From: Octopus bimaculoides
Taxonomy: Eukaryota
Length of the DNA stretch: 52,867 nt
Assembly: GCF_001194135.2 (NCBI RefSeq)
Contig: NC_068986.1
Coordinates: 47,232,529-47,285,395 of the forward strand
Direction of reading: 5' to 3'
Shown here piece after piece: positions 12,919-25,331 of the stretch (positions are counted from its first letter, which is position 1; each line of letters begins with the position of its first letter). A program made the translations under genes and the position numbers. The notes beneath the pieces were generated by a model. It was not told the origin of the DNA. It saw only the letters and a list, made by a program, of their open reading frames with translations, and ran no database searches.

Positions 12919-14364
12919 GTAGAGTGGAAACTGAAGAACAAACAAACTGCATTATAGGGAGTAGTGGTGGAGAGGGAAAGTGAGAGAGAAAGAGAAAAAA
13001 GGGTGAGAGGAGAAAAAGGGTGAGAGAAAGAGAAGAAATAAAGAAAAAGGAGAATATGAATACACATAGTGATGTTAACAAAGAACTGGAGCAAAATTTG
13101 ACCGGAATATTCTTGATTTAAAAATTTTTTTATACATAGATAAATGAATCCCTCTCCTAACAAAAATGTAAAATACTTTAAGAAAACAATATTCATTGAG
13201 TAAAAAAAGCAAAATTTTTGAATTCTAGAACCAGAAAGTTTTCTTGGTAAACTTTTATTTACAGATTACATGTAGCAAGCATTTGAGAAAAAGCTAAAAT
13301 CTGAAATATATTAATGTATATGTTTTACATAATTTATTTACATAATATATTTACATAATATGCTTAACATATAGTAAGTAGAGTTTGAAATATTAATGTA
13401 CATTTTTACCTGAATATGCTAAATTAAAGGTAATTTTTCTTCCTTTGTACTTCAAAATAATTATGAGGTTTTAAATAGTAATTAGTTGGTTGTAAAATTG
13501 ATTGAATAAAATTCTACCAGCTAGAGTTTTCTCATTTTGCATAAATCTCCAGAGATTCTATTTGAATTTAATCAATGTTAATGATTTCTCCACTAAGCAG
13601 ACATGGCTGTGTGGCTAAGACACTTTGCAACAACATCTTGGGCAAGTGTTTTCTTCTCCAGCCATAAATGCATACAGACTATGTTTGGGGATCACACAAC
13701 TCTGATGTAGAGATCATTAACTAGTTATGATTCCAATGGTAGATATTGCATATGTAAGGACCAGACATATCTGACTCAGTTGTACTAATTCACATTTGCA
13801 ACTGCTCACCTCACAGTAGACCTATGATTTTGATTTTTCTGGAACCATGTACCGTAATACATTATCCAAAGTGTCCCATATCCAAGATGGTAGCAATGTG
13901 GTTTGAGGAAGATTTTGTTGCTATTCCGAGCAAGTTGAATAAGTATACAAAGGCACCATTGTTTTAATCTGTGAAATGTATGTCTTTTGGTAGTCCCCTC
14001 CCCTAAGGGATTAAAAATCACAAATTAAATATACACAAACACAGACAGATACACACATTGCCATCATCATTGTCTTAATACCTAGTTTTTCATGCTTGCA
14101 TGGTCTGATGGAGTTTACTGAGATAGATTTTCTACAGCTAGATGTCCTTCCTGTTGTCAGCTTTCACCTGTTTCCAAGCAAGGTAATATTTTTCCATCAC
14201 CGACCATGTTTAACATGCTTTTAAAGAATATTAGTCAATGACAATGATACTCATTTCAACTCCTATGTACTGTTCATCCCAAGTAGAACATAAACATACA
14301 CACACACACACACACACACGCACACGTTCATATATACTTATTACATACATATGGCTAGGTGTTA

Positions 14365-15160
14365 CATATGAATGAGGACAGCTGTGTGAGGAAGTGCCTC
14401 ACCTTAACTGTGGAAGGAACCTGTGGAAGTGGTAGATCCAGAAAGACATAGGATGAAGTGGTGAAGAATGACCTTCGAATGTTGGGCCTCACAAAGTCAA
14501 TGACAGGAGACTGAGACCTTTGGAGATATGCTGTGATTGAGAAGACCCGGCAACTAAAGTGAGATCGCAGCCATAGCCGATGCCAGTGTTGCATGTTCGA
14601 CCCATTAAAAAGTACCTTTGATGCATCAGGTGATATGATATGCTTGAGAAGACCTGTTGAGTCAAGTAAAACCAAAATCGTAGCTGTGGCCAGTGAACCC
14701 TGACTGGCTCCTGTTCCGGTGTCACAAAAATGCATCATCCGAATGTGGTTGATGCCAGCACCCCCTGACTGGCTCCAATGCCTGTGGCATGTAAAAAGCA
14801 CTATCCGAACATGATCAATGCCAGGGCCACCTGACTGGCTTCTGTGCTGGTGGCGTGTAAAAAGCACCATCTGAGATACCAGTGCCCTCTGACTGGCTCC
14901 TGTGCCAATGGCTTGTAAAAAGCACTATCTGAACATAATCGATGCCAGGCCTGCCTGACTGGCTCCTGTCCCGGTGGCATGTACAAAGCACCCACTACAC
15001 TCTTGGTGTGGTTGGTGTTAGGAAGGGCATCCAGCTGTAGAAACATTGCCACATCACATAGGAGCCTAGTGGAGCTGATGGCTTTCTAGACCTCAGTCAA
15101 ACCGTCCAACCCATGCCAACATGGAAAACGGACATTAACAATGATGATGATGATGATACA
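14365..15160 (+). mobile_element. RTE-clade LINE 3' end (ORF C-terminus, tandem-repeat 3' UTR, (GAT)n tail)
   Basis: Translates as MNEDSCVRKCLTLTVEGTCGSGRSRKT*DEVVKNDLRMLGLTKSMTGD*DLWRYAV, typical of an RTE ORF C-terminus with two stops. It ends in aaaccgtccaacccatgcc...gatgatgatgat. Confidence 0.85.
14701..14990 (+). repeat. Five tandem 58-66-bp units in the RTE 3' UTR
   Basis: Each unit begins tgactggctc(c/t) and contains tggcatgtaaaaagcac. Confidence 0.85.
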
Positions 15161-15371
15161 CACACATACAAACACACACACACACAAACATGCACACACA
15201 TGGACGGGCTTCTTTTGATTTCTATCTACCAAATCCACTCACATGGCTTTGGTCAGCCTAGAGCTATAGGAGAAAACATTCGTCCAAGGTGCCATGCAGT
15301 GAAACTGAGCCCAAAACTATGTGGTTAGGAAGCAAACTTAACTACACAGCTACAGCATATTATTTCTTTAA

Positions 15372-15504
15372 CTCTTTAGCATTCAAACTACTCTGTCAAA
15401 TGTAATGCTTATCAATTCACATCATTTTAAGTTAATTGTAGGTTAGGTGTGGGAGCCCAAACAGAATATTTGGGCCAGATATGGCTGGTTTAAATGCTAA
15501 AGGG
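15372..15504. mobile_element. Short piggyBac-type MITE, TTAA-flanked
   Basis: ttaa|ctctttagcatt ... aatgctaaaggg|ttaa; TIR with one mismatch. Confidence 0.8.
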
Positions 15505-16342
15505 TTAAACTAATTTAGGTAGCAAATCCTTTTTATGCAATACTTAAAATGGAATAATTTCATAGAAGGTTATTATTTGACTCTTGTTTACGTCTGCTTT
15601 ATTGTTAGGTTTTCATGTCAACATGGCCTTCAAGTCTGAGCAGGAAGATATGTTGCTGTTTAACTCCAAGTCAGCCCTGGTAGAGTAAATTTATGATCAA
15701 ATGCTTTCCAGCTGTGACCATCCTATGTGTTTCTTTTTTATTTTTTTCCCAGACAGTATATCATGGATTGCATTATCCAGTACGTTTCAATTTCAAGATG
15801 ATAGCATGTGATCTGAGTGATATTTGGCTGCTATTTCTAATTTGTAAAGCCTTTCATTCTTCTGGAGTCATGATCATCATCCTCATATTAACGTCCACTA
15901 TTCTATGCTTGCATGGGTTGGAAGGAGATTTTCCATAGCCTTTCGCCAACCCTTACATGTTTTCAAGTAAGATAATATCTCCCCATGGATAGACATAATT
16001 TTGCAGAATATTAGACCTGAATGCCATTCATTTATAACTACCACTCAATGTCAAGACAAGGAAACTCAAACATACCACTCATATATTCATGCATATGTAT
16101 ACACATATGTATCCTTTATCTTTTACTTGTTTGAGCTATCAGACTGTGGCTATACTGGGGCACAGTCTTGAAAAATTGTTGTCCCATGAACTGACCCCAG
16201 TACTTATATTTTTAAGACTGATACTTATTTTCTTAGCCTCTTTGGCTGGACTGTAATCACACCAACACTGGTTGTCAAGTGGTAGTTGGGAACAAACACA
16301 GATACAAAGAGGCATACACATAAATATATATATATATATTAT

Positions 16343-17212
16343 ATAGGAAAATGAAAAATAATAATAAGGCAGAATGCTAAACTGAAAGCATATTTTAATA
16401 TAGATGTGTAAAAAGGATTTCTAACCGGCTTTCATTGCATGGCAAATTTTCAAGAAGAGAGAGAATGAAAATATTTTTTTACAAAAAAGTAAAATATAAT
16501 ATATAAAAAAATAATATATAAAAAAATAAATATACCAATACATTATATTGTCTTTGAGCTTTTGAAGTTCAATGGTAATCCATGTAGATAATAGTTGGAA
16601 AAATTAGGATGCATGAGATTGAGAGTTGTGTTTTGTTTAAAAAAAGAAAGGGTCTGAAAGTTTATGTGTTAAGCAGGAAGCGTAGTGTCAAAACAGGAAG
16701 TGTGTGTAAGGGAAGACAATTCTGTGGGTTTTATACTCTTTAGTTGGAGTTCTGACCATATTTCTCTAAGAATAGACATAAACTTCCTGTTGACAAAGAG
16801 TCCAGAACTCCAACTAAAGAGTATAAAACCCACAGAATTGTCTTCCCTTACACACACTTCCTATTTTGACACTACACTTCCTGCTTAACACAAACTTTCA
16901 GACCCCTTCTATTTTTTAAACAGAACACAACTCTGAATCTCATGCATCCTAATTTTTCCAACTATTATCTACATGGATTACCATTGAACTTTAAAAGCTC
17001 AAAGACAATATAATGTATTGGTATATTTATTTTTTTATATATTATTTTTTTATATATTATTTTTTACTTTTTTGTAAAAAACATTTTCATTCTCCCTCTT
17101 CTTGAAAATTTGCCATGCAATGAAAGCCAGTTAGAAATCCTTTTTACACATCTATATTAAAATATGCTTTCAGTTTAGCATTCTGCCTTATTATTATTTT
17201 TCATTTTCCTAT
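16343..17212. repeat. Near-perfect palindrome: arms 16343-16754 and 16803-17212, 48-bp loop
   Basis: The arms read as reverse complements over about 410 bp with few substitutions, e.g. ataggaaaatgaaaaataataataaggcagaatgc and gcattctgccttattattatttttcattttcctat. Confidence 0.95.
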
Positions 17213-17750
17213 TATTTCTCCACGTGCGGTTAACACAACCCCACTATTTACTGACTTATATATATGTATATATATGTGTGTGTGTGTATGTGTGTGTGTG
17301 TGTGTGTGTGTATGATAGACTTCTTTCAGTTTCTATCCTACGAAATCCACTCACAAGGCTTTGGTCGATTTGAAGCTATAGTAGAAGTCAATTGTTCAAG
17401 GTGTCATGCAATGGGACTGAACCCAGAGCCATATGGTTTGAAAGCAAGCTTCTAACCAAACAGTCACACCTGCACCAATATATATATATATATATATAAA
17501 ATATGATATGATATGATATATATATATAGCAATAAGAAAATGGAGGGGAATGGGTGGTATTCATCAACTTGCAGACATTGTATTGTGTCAATTTACCTGT
17601 TTATTTGTTATTAAGAGGACAATAATAACAACATACAAACACATGCGACATATTATGTTATATCAGTAATTAAAAAAGGACATCTAGTGACCGAAAATGG
17701 GACAATGACTTACAGTTGTGACATGCCTCATTCTAACTATATAACTCCAG

Positions 17751-17790
17751 TAGGCTGAAGTCATTGATAGATGAAATGGATGAAATAGAG
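17751..17790 (+). CDS. Candidate exon, plus-strand chain (RLKSLIDEMDEIE)
   Basis: Branch-like ttctaac, acceptor actccag, donor GAG|gtacat, phase 2-0. It overlaps an alternative minus-strand candidate at 17714-17809. Confidence 0.3.
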
Positions 17791-19773
17791 GTACATGGAT
17801 GATTCTCTAGGCCTCTTCAAAGATTTTATATAGTTCATAAAGTTAATTTAAAATATCCAAATATAAAAATATAAAAAACCCATAAATATTCACTATATAT
17901 GCATACTTCAACATATATAGATATACATAGATAAACATAAATACATATATGTACATTTAAATGTCTATACATGCACACCAATGAGTCAATTATTATTGTT
18001 ATTATAAATGAGGAGGACACATATATATACCCACCCACACCTACATATATACATACACATATGTATACATAAAAATTCCTGTACAGACATATTCCCTGGT
18101 ACATAGCCATTATTTGCGTTTGAAAAGGAGGACTAGTTCATTGGTTCCCATCACTATATTTCCAGCAAAATGTCCAGACCTATATATATATATATTTATA
18201 TCAGAAACCTTAACTTTCTTGGATATATATATATATATATATATANNNNNNNNNNNNNNNNNNNNNNNNNNNNNNNNNNNNNNNNNNNNNNNNNNNNNNN
18301 NNNNNNNNNNNNNNNNNNNNNNNNNNNNNNNNNNNNNNNNNNNNNNNNNNNNNNNNNNNNNNNNNNNNNNNNNNNNNNNNNNNNNNNNNNNNNNNNNNNN
18401 NNNNNNNNNNNNNNNNNNNNNNNNNNNNNNNNNNNNNNNNNNNNNNNNNNNNNNNNNNNNNNNNNNNNNNNNNNNNNNNNNNNNNNNNNNNNNNNNNNNN
18501 NNNNNNNNNNNNNNNNNNNNNNNNNNNNNNNNNNNNNNNNNNNNNNNNNNNNNNNNNNNNNNNNNNNNNNNNNNNNNNNNNNNNNNNNNNNNNNNNNNNN
18601 NNNNNNNNNNNNNNNNNNNNNNNNNNNNNNNNNNNNNNNNNNNNNNNNNNNNNNNNNNNNNNNNNNNNNNNNNNNNNNNNNNNNNNNNNNNNNNNNNNNN
18701 NNNNNNNNNNNNNNNNNNNNNNNNNNNNNNNNNNNNNNNNNNNNNNNNNNNNNNNNNNNNNNNNNNNNNNNNNNNNNNNNNNNNNNNNNNNNNNNNNNNN
18801 NATTTAAATATATATAAGCATTATATCAACCTGGGACTTTAGGATAAGACACCTGCCTAAGAAGTCTGATAGTGGGACTGAGCTTGAAAGCATGTAGTTG
18901 GAAAGAAAACCACTTAACCACACACCCATACTTGTGCTTATCAATAAAATATAACTGCAGTCAAGTAATGCCAGCTCACTTACAGGCAAACATGGTAACA
19001 TGTATTATGATTTTACTAATAGTTTTAGGTGCGTATTTAGCCTTGAGAAGACTTAGACACCCGGTCATTCAAATAATCAGGGATAATAGAATATCTAGGA
19101 TATGGTAGCTAGAGTGAGAGAGGGCTCCACCAGCACCTTGTAGGTACACATTACAGCTGAGAAGAGTGGAGGATAGGTGTATCTTAGAAAAGATTTAAAT
19201 GAGTTTATAAAGAACAGGATACACCTTTATTTACCTAATTCCTTATCAAAATTGTTGTTTATTTTTTTACTTTAAGATGCTTGTTATAATGTTAATATAG
19301 TTTTATCATTTAAATTCTGTATATAAATTTGAGTAATCCCTGTTGGCAAAAAAAAAAAAGCTAGGTTAGCAAGTACACTTCACCTCTAACCCTTTCTTCT
19401 ATAATGGTATTCTTCTATAATGGCCTTAATTATTCATTCACCCATCCCATTCCTAACGAGCTGACATATGTCCCGGCCTGTTACTGACAACACTAGGTAA
19501 ATACTCCAATCTCTCTATACACATAGAAATGGTTCAGGAAAGCAGAAAACTATAGAAAAATTGAAGATAGTCCAAATTACATGGCTGTATTCACTCAGAA
19601 TGAACTGAGCGGAAAATTTTTAAAAATTGCATGAAATCTTTTGGAAACTGTAAAGAATTTAGATTTTTCAATGAATGAAATAAATCTTTATAGAAATAGA
19701 ATCTTGAAAAATAAAAATAAATAAATAAATAAAAAGAACTCTTTGTAATTATTATTTATTTATTCTAGCTAAC

Positions 19774-19922
19774 CTTCTGCATATTAAATTCACCCAACAA
19801 ACCAGCCTGAATAACCAGCTGTTGTTCTTGTGCAATGGCAAATAAGGTGACTGTTCTTTGACATACCTCTTTGACATATCCCATGCTGAGATAAAGTTTG
19901 GCATGGAATAATTTGTTGGCAT
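19774..19922 (-). CDS. Candidate exon (ANKLFHAKLYLSMGYVKEVCQRTVTLFAIAQEQQLVIQAGLLGEFNMQK)
   Basis: 49 open codons between tatcttag and AAG|gttagc. A second frame is also open and short internal direct repeats are present, so it may not be coding. Confidence 0.3.
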
Positions 19923-20434
19923 CTAAGATAATTGACCAGCATTGAAATTATTAATTGTTAGCTTTTTTTTTCTTTTTTTTTTTTTGAAGAAAAATAATGA
20001 CTGCAAAAGAACATAATAATATACAATAGTTGAAATCTTTGCAACACTATCATCATCACCATTGATACCAGCTATGTCGTCAATGAATCAATAAGGCCTC
20101 AATGTGGTTGTTTAATCAATCTGCTAGATAAAACAGTCAAATCTCCCTCCAAGTTATACTGTCTTAAAAAAGTGAAAGAAACATTGAATTGTGTGATGGT
20201 CATGGCTAGAATGCCTTTCAACATAGGTTTGCTCAATCAGTACTAGCCTGAGATTAGTCAACAATCACTTTATCATCATAACCCTTATTAACTTCACTGT
20301 CATCACCATTACTGCCACATAATGATAATGATGATGATGATGATGATGATGGCAACGGCAATGATGACAATGATAATGAAGGAGATGAATTAGCAGAATC
20401 ATTGTCTTGAAAAAATGCCCTGCTGTATTTTTAC

Positions 20435-20610
20435 AACCTTTTACTTGTTTCAGTCATTAGACTGTGTCCATGCTGGGGCACTGCCTTGAAGAATTTTGAA
20501 TTTTTAGTTGAATCTGTCAGTTTCTTTTGCCAAACTGTTAAGTTACAGGGACACAAACACACCAATGCCAGTTGTCATGTGGTAATGGGGAGACAAACAC
20601 TGACACAAAG

Positions 20611-20661
<51 letters not shown>

Positions 20662-20850
20662 CATATATATACATACATACATACATTTATATGATAGACT
20701 TCTTTCAGTTTCCATTTACCAAATCCCCTCACAAGGTTTTGGTCAGCCTGAAGCTATAGTAGAAGATACTTGCCTAAGGTGCCATGCAGTGGGACTGAAC
20801 CCAGAACCATGTGGTTGGGAAGCAAGCTTCTTATCATATAGCACTGCCTG
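20435..20850 (-). mobile_element. Full-length SINE family A, CpG-decayed
   Basis: Complete tail-(CA)n-head structure; CG sites seen in young copies are TG/CA here. Confidence 0.85.
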
Positions 20851-20869
20851 TGTCTGTTTACTTTAAGAG

Positions 20870-21310
20870 TACAAATCCCCCTCAGGCCAACTCTGCCTTT
20901 CACTCTGTCTTTCATCACTATGGTGCTCCATTTAGGAAACTGTGCAGATTCTCAAAGAGATGCTCTTGTAACACTTGGCCAGTGTTTTCTGTTTCTGAAG
21001 TTGGTGTGGAGTCTTTTTTTTGTTTGAATGGAAAATGAAAAATAGAATCAAAAGCTTAGTAGATGCTAATATTAGTTAAAATGGTACATGTGGGAGGCTT
21101 TTGTCTTCTGTTTCCAAAGCTATCGTGTATGTTTTATGTTAGGTTTGTGAGTAGTGTGGCAGTTTAACATAATGATCTGCATCCATGTTGTTCTTTGAGA
21201 AGAAGATGCATTGGTTAGTAATGTCAAGGATTAGCCTTTTTGGAAACAATCACTACACATGACAACAGCTACATTTACTTATACCAACATTGTCAAACCC
21301 CTAGAATCTG
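20870..21310 (-). pseudogene. Decayed non-LTR retrotransposon RT fragment (I/Jockey/CR1-type group)
   Basis: Minus-strand translation gives HLLLKEQHGCRSLC*TATLLTNLT*NIHDSFGNRRQKPPTCTILTNISIY*AFDSIFH and later NGAP*. These match the EQHGFR, KAFDS and NGVPQG RT motifs, with stops. Confidence 0.7.
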
Positions 21311-21371
21311 GAAACAGAACAAGATGTTTAGTTATGTTTAGACATGTGGGTCCCAAAATTTGTGATTTCAG

Positions 21372-21400
21372 ACTTGTGATCTTTGGTTTAAAATAAGAAG
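21372..21400 (+). CDS. Candidate exon, plus-strand chain (TCDLWFKIR)
   Basis: Good acceptor tttgtgatttcag and donor AAG|gtgaat; phase 0-2 joins 17790 to 22466 in frame. Confidence 0.3.
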
Positions 21401-21789
21401 GTGAATTGAAGAAAAACAAAAAAAAAAAATGTCAATTACCTTTGAGGTAAAAAAAGAAAACAAAATGAAAACCGTTTCTTGTAAACTGAGATAAGAAGCT
21501 ATTTACTGTGTCACAAAGTTCACCTGATACTTCCATATTTTGTGGGATAATAATAATAATAAGAATAATAATGATAATAATAACAATAATAATAAAAAAA
21601 AATATTCAGACAAATACATAACAAAAACACCAGGACTTACAAATATATATAACATACAGAAAATTGCGCTACTGGGCACTGCACACATCCTATGCAAAAC
21701 ACTTTTAATACAGTAACCATAAGAGCATCACAGCAAACCACAGCACATACCTAAGGTACACAGAGCTGTGCTCGGTAGTGAAGTGAAAG

Positions 21790-22010
21790 CACGTTATAAA
21801 AATTAAATTACCGAATAATAATAATAATAATAATAATAACAATAATAATTAGAAGAAGAAGAAGAAGAAGAAGGAGGAGGAGAAGAATGATGAGGAGGAG
21901 GAGGAGAAGGAGGGGAGAAGAAGGAGGAGGAGGGGGAGAAGAAGGAGGAGAAGAAGAAGAAGAAGAAGAAGAAGAAGAAGAAGAAGAAGAAGAAGAAGAA
22001 GAAGAAGAAG
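21790..22010. repeat. Compound microsatellite (AAT)n-(AAG)n-(GAG/AAG)n with an about 160-bp near-pure purine tract
   Basis: Read directly from the sequence. Confidence 0.95.
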
Positions 22011-22512
22011 GTAACTCTTGTCCCTGTAGCTGTTGGGGCACTGGAGAAATTGGGATTGACATGAAAGTAGATCATGCCTAGAAAACTGCTCTGTCGAGGA
22101 CAGCCAGGGATTTTGAGATTGGTACTTGGACATTAAGTAGTGTGGAAAAAGACCCTATGAGATCCTTGACAAAAGGTTGTTGTCTGCTCTCACAGAATTA
22201 GCTGGAGCAAGTGACATAAAGAGCTTTGAGGTACTCAGAGCTCTTTATGTACTCAGCTTAATAAAAAAGGGAACAGAGAAATTCATAGACATGGTATCAT
22301 AAAAACCATGCTTAAAAGAAATACAAATACAAAAAAAAAATAATAATAATCCTAATGGGTACTTCGCACATTTTATGTAGAATGCTATCACAAAAGATTT
22401 AATAGATCTAGTCTATAGAATTTTTTATTGAGCTCTCATATGTACACTTTTTTTTATTAATCCAGTTCTGCACTTTGTGATATCATAGAATCATCAACTG
22501 CATTAAATGTTT

Positions 22513-22558
22513 TTAGAACATCATATCTGCTATCAACTTTAGGTGTCTGGGTGCTGCC
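22513..22558 (-). CDS. Candidate terminal exon, minus-strand chain (GAAPRHLKLIADMMF*)
   Basis: Acceptor ttatccacag, in phase after the 22644-22711 exon (85-bp intron). TAA at 22513-22515 and AATAAA at 22453-22458. It overlaps the plus-strand candidate 22466-22542. Confidence 0.4.
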
Positions 22559-22643
22559 CTGTGGATAATGTATAAATACAACAGATATCGAAGAAAAAGA
22601 TTCCTTTTTCATAATAATAATAATAATAATAAAAGTTGCTTAC

Positions 22644-22711
22644 CCTTCCATGTTGTCTTCTCCTACATTCCAGTAGCTTGGGATAGGGTAGACCGACTTA
22701 ACATCAGCTTC
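22644..22711 (-). CDS. Candidate exon, minus-strand chain (EADVKSVYPIPSYWNVGEDNME)
   Basis: Best-supported exon in the window: acceptor ttttgtttagttttcttcag, donor AGG|gtaagc, and only one open frame. Confidence 0.5.
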
Positions 22712-23772
22712 CTGAAGAAAACTAAACAAAATATGGCCTGAAAAACTTTAATACAAGGGTTTTTAAGAACATTTACATATAATCATTTAAAAATTTTTTG
22801 AATTCTTCTGTTGATATTATTAATATGATACCTTTTGTATGTCTTTCAGCATCAATAAGACTTCATTGGGTAAACCAAAGTATCCCGTTTAAATTTATTT
22901 GGCATGTTTTTTTTTTCAAAAAAGAAAAAAATGGAAGGATGTATGATTCGAACAAGATTTGTCTGCTATTTCTAATTGATTAAGCAGCCACATGGGGACT
23001 TCTAATTGTTGTCATTGCAGTCATCATGATTATAACCATCACAGGCAACCTCATCTTTATAATCATTTGTGAAGTGCGTGATTTACAACTGTTCCATGAT
23101 AAGTTAGTAACTTGCTTGCTAAAATTGATTATTGAGTAGAATTGAATAATTATTTTCATAAAAGCACAGGTTATTGCTGTTGTTGTTGTTGCCTCAATTT
23201 AGCCCCAATTAAAAAATTAAATGACTTCCAGCTCTGACCATCCCAGCCAGTTAATATTCATTTATTTTTTAATCTGTTATTTTCATTTATTAATTTTTTC
23301 AGAAAACATTTATGGGGCCAAATTATACAGTGTCTGCTGAAATTAAATGCTGAAATATATCTAGAGTGATATCATAAATGCTTCTGCTAACTTATTTCTC
23401 ATTGCTCACGAGCAATATATAATCAATTGAATTGACTCTAGCACTCCTTATATCATTTTTGTAGGTAATGACTGTAAAATTTGAGCTTAACCATATTGTT
23501 ATTATATTGTTACTATATTTCTGTTGAAATACAATGCCTTTGTTTTAATTTGTTTAATTAAATTCAAAAATAATGACATATTAAGTATTATAAACTTGTG
23601 CTTAGAACATAAATTAGCATGAAATTTTAAAGAAAGGTCTTAATTTACATTACTTTAAACAGGAAGTTTGTTTAATAGAACCAACAGCAATCTTTGGCAG
23701 GTTGGTATCAAAAGAGTTTAAAAAAAAACAAAACTAAATTCTTTAAGAAATTTAGTCTCATATTTTATCAGT

Positions 23773-23819
<47 letters not shown>

Positions 23820-24240
23820 TTTATTATTTTGTTTACCTATAAGTCATGCTCTAATTCACCTATGGATCTGGTGAATAGAAAAAAAATCAAAAACTATTCC
23901 AATTGAAATGTAAGTTATGTTGTGACTGGTTGTTAGATAAATAACTGCAGATGTGGTATGATGAATAATAGTTGAAGAAAGTAGTTAAATCTAGCCTTAA
24001 CAAAAAGTTAAGATACATACAGGAATTAACTGATGGCAGATATGATGTTGTAGTCTGAGAGCTGCAATACTGCAGATCAGCACATCCAAGGATCAAAATG
24101 AGGACTCTTGTTGGAAAGTTTAATTAATGACTCCATCAATGCAATTTCTTTGACAAAATAGACATTTTGGGAAGATTTTGTTTCAATTTCAAACCCTATT
24201 TTTTGGTCTTATCTTCTTTTAGGATATTTTATTACCACAC

Positions 24241-24287
24241 CATGATCAATGTTTCAAAGGGCGCAGCCTTTTCTCTTATCTTGTTGT
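24241..24287 (-). CDS. Candidate exon, minus-strand chain (DNKIREKAAPFETLIM)
   Basis: Acceptor gtttctttcag, donor ATG|gtgtgg; phase 1-0 links 24439 to 22711. Confidence 0.4.
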
Positions 24288-24438
24288 CTGAAAGAAACAT
24301 CTGTTTATTATTTGCATAGCAAACATCTTAGAGCTGTTTTTACTTAAGATGTCTGAATAATTTCAATGTATTTTGATAAAACTTGTAAATAGCCATTCAT
24401 AATATGTTGCAACAATTTGTGCTGAATCATTTCCTAAC

Positions 24439-24479
24439 CTTTCTTTGCAATTTCTTTGTCAAGAAACAAGATTTGGCAA
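24439..24479 (-). CDS. Candidate exon, minus-strand chain (CQILFLDKEIAKK)
   Basis: Acceptor aattttatacag, donor AAG|gttagg; phase 2-1. Confidence 0.4.
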
Positions 24480-24944
24480 CTGTATAAAATTTTAGATAAA
24501 AAAAAATTTGAAAGAAAAAAAATATTTGAAGAAATTCCTTATTATTTTACACAAATAAAGACAGCAATGATAATGTCACAAATATGGTTAAATTAATTTA
24601 CTTTGTAAATAAAATAGCTTAATTAAGATTTCATAAAGATTTGAAATTATTTGCTTGTAGTAGAACAATTATATGATTTGTATATATCGGTTATGTCTTC
24701 ACTGTTACCCAATGAAATTCATTACTTAATACCATTAAAAAAACTTCCAGCTTCCCTGTTTGTGCCTCAACAAACTCAATACTAAATATTCTATAATCTT
24801 TCCTGTCTCTCATAGACTATCTGGAGCCATTTAGTCAAGTCTGGGTGGTTTTCTTTGCTGGTTCATTATAAGGCTATCTTACGTTTGGCACTACTAATAT
24901 TAGCACAGCATTGACATTACACATATTTGTTAGATAACTCTTAC

Positions 24945-25038
24945 CTGATCTTCAGATTACATATCAATTCTAAGATAAAAGGGGCAATTGTTGGTGTTAG
25001 TAGCACAGATATATTACTATAGCTTCTTAATGAAGAAG
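24945..25038 (-). CDS. Candidate exon, minus-strand chain (SSLRSYSNISVLLTPTIAPFILELICNLKI)
   Basis: Acceptor tatttacacag, donor CAG|gtaaga; phase 1-2 with one open frame. Confidence 0.4.
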
Positions 25039-25279
25039 CTGTGTAAATACAGTATTAAGCAAACTTCTTTAAAATATTAATCAGTCTTCACTTTTGAACA
25101 TACAGCCTTTATAATATGTTATTAACTAAATGTAAAGAATGCAAAACATTGAGAATATCAAAGTTTGCAAAAAACAAAACAGAGCATAGTAACCAAAATA
25201 TTCTTCATATTACATCTGACTGATTTAAAAAGAGAAGAACAAAGTGAATAATGTAGTCTTAGACACTCTGTGCCTACAG

Positions 25280-25331
<52 letters not shown>

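Noticed and set aside
15610-15680. Plus-strand exon-like stretch GFHVNMAFKSEQEDMLLFNSKSAL
   Set aside because: Its 3' part appears to be a short interspersed repeat fragment (similar text near 23200 and 32950-33000), and the donor is weak.
20486-20866. Many 60-150 aa ORFs with HT/CV/YI/poly-E/poly-L runs
   Set aside because: They are translations of microsatellites and SINE bodies.
17714-21523. Minus-strand chain 21440-21523, 19774-19922, 17714-17809 and 10763-10807 as a continuation of the 22-25 kb exons
   Set aside because: Donors are good but acceptors are poor, and the natural splice after 22644 gives a stop at 22513. Only 19774-19922 is kept, as a low-confidence feature.
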